From Gemmobacter sp. (lineage in GTDB: Bacteria; Pseudomonadota; Alphaproteobacteria; Rhodobacterales; Rhodobacteraceae), in NCBI RefSeq assembly GCF_016792925.1, contig NZ_JAEULU010000278.1, forward strand, positions 1 to 60,389: a DNA stretch of 60,389 bases, written 5' to 3'. Both the position numbers and the translations under genes were made by a program. The notes under the pieces are model-generated. The model ran no database searches and was not told the origin of the DNA. It was given only the letters and a program-made list of their open reading frames with translations. The number at the start of each line of letters is the position of its first letter. Position 1 is the stretch's first letter. Below are positions 19,318 to 28,702 of the stretch, in pieces.

Positions 19318-20103
19318 TCATTGCGCCTGCGCTTCGATCTCGGCCTCCAGATTGGCCATGCTGGCGCCACCGGCCATCAGATCGGTGATCTCTTCGCGGG
19401 TCTTTTCGCCCTTGCCGAAATCCGCCGCCACGGCGCCCCGGATCAGCACGGCGAAGTGATCGCCCACGGCCATGGCATGCATGACCTGATGGGTGATGAA
19501 CACCACCGCCAGCCCGCGCCGCTTGGCCTCGTTCACGATGCGCAGCACATGGGTCGCCTGTTTCACGCCAAGCGCCGCCGTCGGCTCGTCCAGGATCAGC
19601 ACGCGGGCGCCGAAATGGACGGCGCGGGCAATCGCAAGGCTTTGCCGCTCGCCGCCCGACAGACCGCCCACCAGCCGGTCGCCATCGTCGATCCGGGTGA
19701 TGCCGAAATCCTGCACCGCTTTCACCGCGATCTCGTTTGCGGTCTTGCGGTCATAGCGCTTGAACGGGCCCCAGCCTTTGGTGGGCTCGACCCCCACAAA
19801 GAACGACCGGCCGATCGACATCAGCGGGAAGGTGCCGCCGAACTGGTGAACCGTCGCGATCCCCTGTTCCGAGGCCGCGCGCGGGCTGGGAAAGCTGACC
19901 GCCGCACCATCCATCAGGATCTGCCCCGAGGAGGGCTGATGCACCCCCGACAGCAGGCGGATCAGCGTCGATTTGCCGGCGCCATTATCGCCCAGCAGGC
20001 ACAGAACCTCGCCCGCCTTGATCTTCAGATTGATGTCGAACAGCACGTCGATGGGGCCAAAGCTCTTGTTGACACCCTTCAGTTCCAGAATTGGCGCGGT
20101 CAT
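19318..20103 (-). CDS. sugar (CUT2) ABC transporter ATPase, single NBD
   Basis: GDNGAGKS, LSGGERQ, LDEPTAALG. Confidence 0.93.
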   Translation of the reverse strand: MTAPILELKGVNKSFGPIDVLFDINLKIKAGEVLCLLGDNGAGKSTLIRLLSGVHQPSSGQILMDGAAVSFPSPRAASEQGIATVHQFGGTFPLMSIGRSFFVGVEPTKGWGPFKRYDRKTANEIAVKAVQDFGITRIDDGDRLVGGLSGGERQSLAIARAVHFGARVLILDEPTAALGVKQATHVLRIVNEAKRRGLAVVFITHQVMHAMAVGDHFAVLIRGAVAADFGKGEKTREEITDLMAGGASMANLEAEIEAQAQ

Positions 20104-21098
20104 GCCTTGGCCCTCTTTTTCTTGCTGGCGGCGCCAAGCGCCATCTTGCGGAAGGTTTCATTCATCGCCACGGCCCCCAGCAGGGTGATGCCGATGATCA
20201 GGTTGGCCCAGTTGCGTTCGATCTGGGTGAAGTAGATGCCCTGCGAGACGATGGCGAAGGTGATGGTGCCCAGCACGATCCCCAGAACCGAGCCATAACC
20301 GCCGGTCAGCAACACGCCGCCCACCACGATGGCGCAGATGGCGTTGAAGATGTAGCCCATCCCGCCCGACACCTGCGCCGAGTTGAACTGGATCGCACCG
20401 CAGACCCCCACGAAAGCCGCCGCCGTAGCCGAAAGCATGAACAGCGCAATCTTCAGCCGCACCGTGGGGATACCGGCATTGCGGGCCGAGGTCTGGTCGC
20501 CACCCATAGCCAGGATCCAGTTGCCCACCGGCGAGACATGCAGCAGCCAGAAGAACGCCGCCGCGAACCCGGCCCACCACAGGATGATGATCTGGTATTT
20601 GCCCGCCATCATCTGCCCAAGCGCCGCTTTTGCCCAGTCTGGCGGGGCAAGCGATACGCTCGCATTGCCGGTCAGGAACATCGCGGCAGACAGGATGAGG
20701 CCCTGCACCACCATCAGCGTGCCCAGCGTGATGATCAGCGTGGGCACCGAGGTGCGCGTGGCAATCAGCCCGTTGACGAGGCCGACAATCAGCCCGAGCG
20801 CCAAGGCGCCCGCAATCCCCACCGTGATCGGCAGGCCGAAATGCCCCGACAGGATTGCCACCGTCATCGACCCCGCCGGGATCATCGCGCCGATCGAGAT
20901 GTCGATCTCTCCGGCAATCATCAGCAGCCCCACGGGCAGTGCCACGATGCCCAGATTGGCCGCCAGGTTCACCCAGCTTGCGGCGCCCGCCAGCTGCCCA
21001 AGGTTCACACCGCCGCATAGCACATAAAAGGCAATCACCGCGATCAGGCTGAGGACCGAGCCGAATTCCGGCCTGCGGGTCAGGTTTGAAAGGTTCAT
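20100..21098 (-). CDS. sugar (CUT2) ABC permease
   Basis: GEIDISIG, P.LIITLG, GNWILAMGGD..SARNAG, GG..LTGGYG. Start moved to ATG 21098. Confidence 0.92.
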   Translation of the reverse strand: MNLSNLTRRPEFGSVLSLIAVIAFYVLCGGVNLGQLAGAASWVNLAANLGIVALPVGLLMIAGEIDISIGAMIPAGSMTVAILSGHFGLPITVGIAGALALGLIVGLVNGLIATRTSVPTLIITLGTLMVVQGLILSAAMFLTGNASVSLAPPDWAKAALGQMMAGKYQIIILWWAGFAAAFFWLLHVSPVGNWILAMGGDQTSARNAGIPTVRLKIALFMLSATAAAFVGVCGAIQFNSAQVSGGMGYIFNAICAIVVGGVLLTGGYGSVLGIVLGTITFAIVSQGIYFTQIERNWANLIIGITLLGAVAMNETFRKMALGAASKKKRAKA

Positions 21099-21105
21099 CG
21101 CGCCC

Positions 21106-22107
21106 TCACCTCTTGCGACCGGCCGCCAGCGCAAGCGCCATGGCCCGGAATTTGTCATTGGTCATCACCGCGATCAGCAGCAGGGCGCCGATGATGATGC
21201 TGCCGTAATTGGGATCGAGGCCCGAGAAGAAGATGCCCTGATTGACGATGCAGAAGGTCAGCGTGCCGATCACGATGCCCGCCACCGATCCAGCGCCGCC
21301 GGTCAGCAATACGCCGCCGATCACCACGCACATGATGGAGTTGAAGATGAAGGTCTGCCCCGCCGCGACCTGCGCCGCGTTGAAGGTCATCACCTGAAGC
21401 ACGCCCACGAAAGCCGCCGTAAAGCCCGAGAACATGTAAAGCCCGATGGTCAGCCACACGGTCGGAATGCCCGCATTGCGCGCACTGTCCTTGTCGCCGC
21501 CCAGGGCGAAGATCCAGTTGCCCAGCGGCGAGGCATGCAGCAGCCACCAGGTTGCGCCGACAAACAGCCCCCACCACAGGATCGAGACCTGAAACATATT
21601 GCCGACCAATTGGCCGAACACGGCCTTGGTGGCATCCTCCGGCACCAGAAACACCCCGGTGGAGCCATGGATCAGCACCGTCACGCCCAGCGTGAGGCCC
21701 ATGGTGCCAAACATCGTGCCGATGGTGATGATCAGCGACGGAATGCGCGTGCGGCTGACCAGCACGCCATTCACAAAGCCGATGGCAAGGCCGACGCCAA
21801 GCCCGCCCAGAATGGCCAGCACATCCGGCACCCCGAAATCCACCGCCAGCAGCGATACGGTCAGCGACGAGGCCGGAACGGTCGAGCCGACCGACAGGTC
21901 AAGCTGCCCCGCGATCATCAGCAGGCCGATGGCCAGCGCGATGATGCCGACCTCGGAGGTCATGTTGAGAAAGCTCGACAGCCCCGGCGCGCCGATGAAA
22001 TTGGCGCCCCCCATCGCAGCAAAGAAGACATAGACCGCAAGCAGGCCCATGAAAGACCCGGCCTCGGGTCTGCGGGCCAGCTGGCCCGCGGTTGTTCGAT
22101 TTGTCAT
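21106..22107 (-). CDS. sugar (CUT2) ABC permease
   Basis: GQLDLSVG, PSLIITIG, GNWIFALGGD..SARNAG; paralog of the neighbouring permease. Confidence 0.92.
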   Translation of the reverse strand: MTNRTTAGQLARRPEAGSFMGLLAVYVFFAAMGGANFIGAPGLSSFLNMTSEVGIIALAIGLLMIAGQLDLSVGSTVPASSLTVSLLAVDFGVPDVLAILGGLGVGLAIGFVNGVLVSRTRIPSLIITIGTMFGTMGLTLGVTVLIHGSTGVFLVPEDATKAVFGQLVGNMFQVSILWWGLFVGATWWLLHASPLGNWIFALGGDKDSARNAGIPTVWLTIGLYMFSGFTAAFVGVLQVMTFNAAQVAAGQTFIFNSIMCVVIGGVLLTGGAGSVAGIVIGTLTFCIVNQGIFFSGLDPNYGSIIIGALLLIAVMTNDKFRAMALALAAGRKR

Positions 22108-22172
22108 GCACACCCTCCGCGATGGCAGGCAAAGTCGGGCCGTCCGCCTGGCAGACGACCCGGATCAAAGGC

Positions 22173-23144
22173 TTAGCGGGTGCCTTGTTCTGCGCCAGCA
22201 AGGGTGGCCTTGATATTGACCGCATCCACGATGCCCGGCCCGGTCAGAATTTCGCGCGTCGGGATCGTCAGGCCGTAATTCACATAGCCGTTCAGGATCG
22301 ACACGGCATAGAAGCCCTGCTGATAGCCCTGCTGGTCAATGGCGCAGGCCTGGGTGCCCTTGTCGATCTGATCCAGGATGGCCGCGTCGAAGTTCACGCC
22401 ACACAGCTTGACCTTGCCTTCCATGCCCGCCTGCGCAATGCCCTGCACCGCGCCCACCGCATCCAGATTGGCGGTGGTGAAGACCGAGTCGATCTCGGGG
22501 TGTTCCAGCAGATAGGCCTTGATCGCCTGCGCCACCGCCGTCACGTTGCCCTGTGCCGTTGCGGGCAGGGGCAGCACGTCAACCTTGCCGCCCGCCGCGG
22601 TGATGCCATCGCCAAAGCCGCGGCAATAATCCTCGATATTGGCCGCGCCGGGCAGCGAGTTGATGCAGACGCCGGACTTGCCGCCCGCCTTGCCCAGATA
22701 TTCGCCCCCCGCCACGCCGGCCTTGTAATCCACCGCGCCGACATAGTTCATCGCGCCCAGACGGTCGGCGGCCTCGATCCCGCCGGCATTATAGATCACC
22801 AGCGGAATGCCCGCATCGACCACGGCCTTGAAGGCGGGGTCCATCGCTTCCGGCACCCAGTTCGGGCCGACAATGCCGGTGGCACCCTGGTCGATGGCCT
22901 GCCGGATCAGCTCGGCGGCATCCACGCCCAGATTGTCATAATTCTGCGGGCCAAGCCAAGTGACCGAGCCCCCTTGGGCCTCAGCCAGTTTGCCCGCGTC
23001 TTCGGCGCCGCGTTTCACGATGCCCCAGAAGGGATCGTCGGGCTTGCCACCGATCACGAAGATCTTGGCGCCCTCGGCATAGGCCATGCCCGCGCCCAGG
23101 GCGCAGATGGCTGTTGCCGCCAGAAGTTTGGTCAGTTTCATCAT
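22173..23144 (-). CDS. sugar/cyclitol ABC substrate-binding protein
   Basis: Signal peptide, DPFWGIVKRGA, AIDQQGYQQG, LTGP; same motif pattern as the inositol-type SBP at 27707. Confidence 0.9.
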   Translation of the reverse strand: MMKLTKLLAATAICALGAGMAYAEGAKIFVIGGKPDDPFWGIVKRGAEDAGKLAEAQGGSVTWLGPQNYDNLGVDAAELIRQAIDQGATGIVGPNWVPEAMDPAFKAVVDAGIPLVIYNAGGIEAADRLGAMNYVGAVDYKAGVAGGEYLGKAGGKSGVCINSLPGAANIEDYCRGFGDGITAAGGKVDVLPLPATAQGNVTAVAQAIKAYLLEHPEIDSVFTTANLDAVGAVQGIAQAGMEGKVKLCGVNFDAAILDQIDKGTQACAIDQQGYQQGFYAVSILNGYVNYGLTIPTREILTGPGIVDAVNIKATLAGAEQGTR

Positions 23145-23237
23145 GAGTCTCCTCCCTCACAAGGCCGTTTATCGGCACTTTTCTGTGTCAGGCCGCCACA
23201 GGGCTGCCCGGCATTCCTCCGCCGCCTTCACCCCCGG

Positions 23238-24248
23238 TCATTCGGCCGGGGTCTTGGCCGCCATGCGGTCTTTCTTGCGGCGGAACCGTTCCTTCATCTG
23301 TTCATCGGCGGCCTTGGTGCCGTCGTGCCAGGTGCCGAACCACTTATCGAGCGGGATCAACCCGTCGCCGCCGTAGTTCACCTCGAAGTATTTGTGGTGC
23401 AGGTAATGGGTATAGGCGTGGCTATCGACCGCCTGCCCCTCGGTCACTTCCAGCTTGTCAAAGCCGATATGACCCACGATGGCGCCATAGGCCGTGGAGG
23501 TCAGCTGAAACAGGGCCGCAATCGGCGCCGACGGGATCAGCAGGTGCCACAGCATCTCGGCAAAGAAGGCAAAGGCCTCGACCGGGTGCATCGACATGGA
23601 GGACCAGGGCGACGGGTTGATCGAATTGTGGTGGATCGAATGGATCCACTTATACAGTGGCGGCTGATGGATCGCCCAATGGATGCAGAAGAAATGCACC
23701 TCATGCAGCGCAGGCGCCAGCAGGATCAGCGCGGCAATCCAATAGGGATGCTCGGCCGGATCGACCCAGTTGCCGATGCCATTGGCAAAACACCAGAGCG
23801 TGAAACACTCCACCGCCGTCCAGAGCGGGATCGAGATGAAGAAGGTGCGCAGGAAATTGTCGATATTCTGGCTTTTGAACCAGAACACGTCAGACGGATT
23901 TTCCGACGGGAACTTGGCATTATACTTGAACCGAGTCCCCTGCTTGCGGCGCACATAATAGAAAAACTCGACCGAGCCATAGAGCAGGAACACCCCGCCC
24001 GCATTGACCGCGTGGATTCTCAGCACCCATTCCCAGCCGAAGGTCTTCATCACCTCGACCGGGGGCAGCACGAAATACATATAGGCCAGCGTGATGGCCA
24101 TGAAGATCGCATTATGCGGCCAGAGATAGGCAATCAGCCACCGCCCGAGCGCCGACCATTTGCCAAGCCAGAAGGGCGCGATCTCCAGAGGCTTTGCGGG
24201 TGCCCAGTTGCCGCGCTTGTCCCGCGTGCCGAATTGCAGGTCGTCCAT
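23238..24248 (-). CDS. sterol desaturase / fatty-acid hydroxylase superfamily membrane di-iron oxygenase
   Basis: His boxes HWAIH, HSIHH and HYLHH, plus MHPVE, NYG and DKWFGT; several TM helices. First gene of the operon, GGAGGGG RBS. Confidence 0.9.
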   Translation of the reverse strand: MDDLQFGTRDKRGNWAPAKPLEIAPFWLGKWSALGRWLIAYLWPHNAIFMAITLAYMYFVLPPVEVMKTFGWEWVLRIHAVNAGGVFLLYGSVEFFYYVRRKQGTRFKYNAKFPSENPSDVFWFKSQNIDNFLRTFFISIPLWTAVECFTLWCFANGIGNWVDPAEHPYWIAALILLAPALHEVHFFCIHWAIHQPPLYKWIHSIHHNSINPSPWSSMSMHPVEAFAFFAEMLWHLLIPSAPIAALFQLTSTAYGAIVGHIGFDKLEVTEGQAVDSHAYTHYLHHKYFEVNYGGDGLIPLDKWFGTWHDGTKAADEQMKERFRRKKDRMAAKTPAE

Positions 24249-24289
24249 ATCCCCTCCCGTAGAACGCGATGCCGACTCGTGCCGCCATT

Positions 24290-24305
24290 TGGAATATTCA
24301 TACCA
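24290..24305 (-). promoter_or_regulatory. IolR-like operator upstream of the oxygenase operon
   Basis: Minus strand TGGTATGAATATTCCA, 15/16 identical to the site before iolG; 41 nt before ATG 24248. Confidence 0.7.
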
Positions 24306-24408
24306 TTGACAAATATCTGCGCATTATTCATTCATCAGGCATATTTCACCTCTTTCCCTTCATTTTCTGCGGCGCAGAAATGAGGGATTCTTTCAAACGG
24401 AGCCGCCG

Positions 24409-25419
24409 ATGGCGCATCGCAGCACGATTCAAGACCTGGCAGAGGCCGCAGGTGTCTCGGTCTCGACCATCGACCGCATCCTGAACGGGCGCGCCAAGGT
24501 GCGCGGCGCGACGGCGGAAAAGGTGCTGGCCAGCGCCGAGGCGCTTGGCTTTTATGCCCTGCCCGCCCTGCGCGAGCGGCTGGGGCAAAAGCCCACGCTG
24601 CGGCTGGGTTTTCTGCTTCAGCAATCGCAGCGCAGCTTTTACCGCCTGATCGCCGAGGCCCTGCGCAAGGCCACCCCGCCCGAGGTGGAGGTGGTGATCG
24701 AGTTCATGGAGGATCTGAGCCCCGAAGCCGTCGCTGACCATGCGCTGCGCCTCGGGCGGCAGGTGCGTGCGCTGGCGCTGGTGTCAGCCGAACATGCCCG
24801 GGTCTCGCATGCGCTGGAGACCCTGGCCGCCGAGGGCGTGCCCGCCTATGCCCTGATCTCGGAGCTGACGGCGGGCTGCGGCGTGGGCTATATCGGGCTG
24901 GACAACTGGAAGGCCGGGCGCACGGCGGGCTGGGCGATCACCGGCCTGACCCGCAAACCCGGCAAGGTGGCCATCCTGGTGGGCAATCACCGCTATCGCT
25001 GTCAGGAATGGAACGAGATCGGCTTTCGCTCCTACTGCCGCGAACATGCGCCGGATTTCACCTTGCTGGAGCCGCTGCAAACCTTTGAAAGCGCCGCCAT
25101 CGCGCGGGATGTGGCGCATCAGCTTCTGGCCCGGGAACCCGAGCTGAGCGGGCTTTACGTCTCGGGCGGGGGGATGCCGGGCGTGCTGGAGGCCCTGCGC
25201 GAAACCGGGCGCGGCAAGGGGTTGATCACCGTGGGCAATGATCTGACGGAACACACAAGGCTTGGGCTGATTGACGGGGTGATGTCGCTGGTGGTGGCGC
25301 ATCCGCTGGCCCGCCTTGCCACCGAGGCCTTCGCGCAGATGCTGGGCGATCTGCACAGCGGCACATCGCCCGGCAAGCGCCTGATCAGCTTTGACATCTA
25401 CACGCCCGAAAGCATCTGA
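24409..25419 (+). CDS. LacI-family transcriptional regulator
   Basis: TIQDLAEAAGVSVSTIDRILN HTH plus a periplasmic-binding-protein-like domain; divergent from the oxygenase operon. Confidence 0.93.
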   Translation: MAHRSTIQDLAEAAGVSVSTIDRILNGRAKVRGATAEKVLASAEALGFYALPALRERLGQKPTLRLGFLLQQSQRSFYRLIAEALRKATPPEVEVVIEFMEDLSPEAVADHALRLGRQVRALALVSAEHARVSHALETLAAEGVPAYALISELTAGCGVGYIGLDNWKAGRTAGWAITGLTRKPGKVAILVGNHRYRCQEWNEIGFRSYCREHAPDFTLLEPLQTFESAAIARDVAHQLLAREPELSGLYVSGGGMPGVLEALRETGRGKGLITVGNDLTEHTRLGLIDGVMSLVVAHPLARLATEAFAQMLGDLHSGTSPGKRLISFDIYTPESI

Positions 25420-25434
25420 GAGCGGGCGCGCCCC

Positions 25435-26448
25435 CTATGCCGAGCCCCGCTCCATGAACCGCCCGGTCAGGAACACATCAGCCGAGGTGCTGCCACCATC
25501 ATTCAGCACGCGCACCAGTGCGCGGGCCATCTCGGTCACCGGCTGGCGATAGGTCGTCAGATCATAGGCGGGCGAGGCCGCCAGCGGCACATCGTCAAAG
25601 CCCGTCACCGCCACATCGGCGGGCACTGACAGGCCCAGACGGTGCCGCAGCGCGTCAATCGCGCCCAAAGCCAACACGTCATTCTCGCACACGATCACAT
25701 CGGGGCGGCCTTCTGCGGGCAGGGCCGACAGATGCGCAACCACCGCCTCGCAGCCAAGCGGCATGCTGTAATCCGGCACATGGATGACCACGGGCCGCGC
25801 GCCCCGCGCCTCCTCCTCCCAGACCTTGAGGAAGGTGTCCTTGCGCATCAGCCGCGTGGATTCGGTGTTCGGCCCGGCCAGAAAAAGCGGGCGACGGAAG
25901 CCCTTGGCCATCAGATAGCGTGCGATCTCGGTCATGGCGGCCACGTCATCGCAGGCGATGGAAATGGTGCCGGGCGCCGTGCCGGCCCGCGCAAAGACGA
26001 TCAGCTGCTTCACCCGCCGCGCCCCGAGCGCGGTGCGACGAATGCCATCGTCGAACTGGGTGCCGATCACCACCGCTGCATCCACCCGGCGCTGGCTGGC
26101 GGTCAGCAGCGCTTCCGGCGCGTCCTTCTCACCCAGCATATTGACCAGCAGCGTGCCATAGCCCGCAGCCCGCAGGATGCGCGTCAACCGCTCCAGCATC
26201 ACCAGCTTGTGCGGATTGTCGAAATCATCGACCAGCAGTGCCACAAGGTTCGAGCGGTCCGACGCCAGCGAGGCTGCCAGCAGATCCGGCACATAGCCCA
26301 GCTCTGCCGCTGCGGCCATCACCTTGGTGCGGGCCTTTTCCGAGATCACGCCATCTTTCTTGAAAGCGCGCGCCACCGTCCAGCGCGACACCCCGGCGCG
26401 GGCGGCCACGTCATCGGCGGTCACGGTTTCCACTGCCTGCTCGGTCAT
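25435..26448 (-). CDS. LacI-family transcriptional regulator
   Basis: VTADDVAARAGVSRWTVARAF HTH, ENDVLALG, VTGFDD, LTTYRQP; divergent from iolG. Confidence 0.93.
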   Translation of the reverse strand: MTEQAVETVTADDVAARAGVSRWTVARAFKKDGVISEKARTKVMAAAAELGYVPDLLAASLASDRSNLVALLVDDFDNPHKLVMLERLTRILRAAGYGTLLVNMLGEKDAPEALLTASQRRVDAAVVIGTQFDDGIRRTALGARRVKQLIVFARAGTAPGTISIACDDVAAMTEIARYLMAKGFRRPLFLAGPNTESTRLMRKDTFLKVWEEEARGARPVVIHVPDYSMPLGCEAVVAHLSALPAEGRPDVIVCENDVLALGAIDALRHRLGLSVPADVAVTGFDDVPLAASPAYDLTTYRQPVTEMARALVRVLNDGGSTSADVFLTGRFMERGSA

Positions 26449-26526
26449 GCCTCAGGGTCCTCCGGTCTGCGACCATAGCGACGCAAGGGCTGGTGGCAAG
26501 CGGTTCATCCGCGCGGGGCGCATAAA

Positions 26527-26563
26527 TGCACGCGCGTGCAAAAATGTGTTGCACGCGCGTGCA
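26527..26563. promoter_or_regulatory. two identical perfect palindromes TGCACGCGCGTGCA (probable LacI operators)
   Basis: Copies at 26527-26540 and 26550-26563 with a 23-bp period, in the lacI/iolG divergent gap. Confidence 0.75.
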
Positions 26564-26569
26564 GTCTTA

Positions 26570-26585
26570 TGGAATGAATATTCCA
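26570..26585 (+). promoter_or_regulatory. IolR-like operator (GGAA-N6-TTCC) upstream of iolG
   Basis: TGGAAT-GAAT-ATTCCA palindrome 40 nt before ATG 26626; fits the GGAA-N6-TTCC motif of alphaproteobacterial IolR. Confidence 0.75.
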
Positions 26586-26625
26586 CGGAACGGAAAGCCG
26601 GACCGAATCTACGGGAGGAATACGG

Positions 26626-27624
26626 ATGTTGAAGGTTGGCCTGCTGGGTGCGGGGCGGATTGCTGGCGTGCATGCCACGGCGATTTCGGGCAATCCGGGA
26701 TCAGCACTTGTCGCGGTCTCGGATATCAATGCCGAAGCGGCGGCAGCCCTTGCGGCGCAATGTGGCGCCGAGGCCCGCAGCACGGATGCTATCCTGAATG
26801 ATGCGGCGATTGATGCCGTGCTGATCGCCACCTCCACCGACACGCATTCCGACCTGATCGAACGCGCGACGGCGGCGGGCAAGGCGGTGCTGTGCGAAAA
26901 GCCGGTCGATCTCAGCCTGGCGCGCGCGCTGGCCTGCCAGACGGCCGCCACGGGCAAGCCGGTGATGATCGGGTTCAACCGCCGCTTCGATCCGAATTTT
27001 GCCGCGCTGAAGGCCGCGGCCGACCGGGGCGAGATCGGCAAGGCCGAGCTGCTGTCGATCACCTCCTTTGATCCGGCGCCGCCGCCAGTGGCCTATATCA
27101 AGGTCTCGGGCGGGCTGTTCCGCGACATGATGATCCATGATTTCGACATGGCGAATTTCATCATGGGGGCGGCCCCGGTGACGGTTTCGGCCGTGGGCAC
27201 GAGCATCGTCGATCCGGCGATCGGCGCGGCGGGCGATGTGGATACGGCGGTGGTCACCCTGACCTATGCCGATGGCCGGATCGCCGTCATCAAGAACAGC
27301 CGCCGCGCGGTCTATGGCTATGACCAGCGGGTCGAGCTGTTGGGCTCGGAGGGCCTGTTGCAGGCGCAGAACATGCTGGAAAACACCGTGGTGAAATCGA
27401 CCACTTCGGGGGTGACGGGGGCCAAGCCCACCTATTTCTTCCTCGAACGCTACATGCCCGCCTATGCGGCGGAATGGGCGGCCTTTGTGGCGGCGGTGAA
27501 TGGCGGCAGCGCGCTTCCGGTCACGCTGGCCGATGGCGTCGCCGCGCTCGCCATGGCCGAGGCGGCCACCAGATCCGCGCAAACCGGCGCCCCTGTCGCG
27601 CTGGCTGACATTCTCGGGGGGTAA
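26626..27624 (+). CDS. iolG: myo-inositol 2-dehydrogenase (IdhA/IolG)
   Basis: LGAGRI, CEKPVDL, GFNRRFDP, SGGLFRDMMIHDFDMA, YGYDQRVE, FFLERY. Confidence 0.93.
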   Translation: MLKVGLLGAGRIAGVHATAISGNPGSALVAVSDINAEAAAALAAQCGAEARSTDAILNDAAIDAVLIATSTDTHSDLIERATAAGKAVLCEKPVDLSLARALACQTAATGKPVMIGFNRRFDPNFAALKAAADRGEIGKAELLSITSFDPAPPPVAYIKVSGGLFRDMMIHDFDMANFIMGAAPVTVSAVGTSIVDPAIGAAGDVDTAVVTLTYADGRIAVIKNSRRAVYGYDQRVELLGSEGLLQAQNMLENTVVKSTTSGVTGAKPTYFFLERYMPAYAAEWAAFVAAVNGGSALPVTLADGVAALAMAEAATRSAQTGAPVALADILGG

Positions 27625-27706
27625 CCCCGGGCATCCGTTCCGGCACAGCCGGACAAGGGGCGGCAGGGGAGTGGCCGCCCATCCACAACCTTCCAGGGAG
27701 GAAGAC

Positions 27707-28633
<927 letters not shown>

Positions 28634-28702
28634 TCACAGCGCAACCGGCCGGGGCGGCGCCAGCCGTCGCCCCAGTTGCCGGGCAGGAGCAGGAGGAAAG
28701 AC

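Noticed and set aside
16899-24248. Canonical rhizopine mocABCDEF cluster
   Set aside because: There is no MocF reductase or MocR-type regulator, the oxygenase has sterol-desaturase-type rather than MocD-type motifs, and no aminotransferase is in the operon. It is related but not the same.
26527-26563. Mini CRISPR or iteron array
   Set aside because: There are only two 14-bp units with a 9-bp spacer and no cas or rep gene; operators explain it better.
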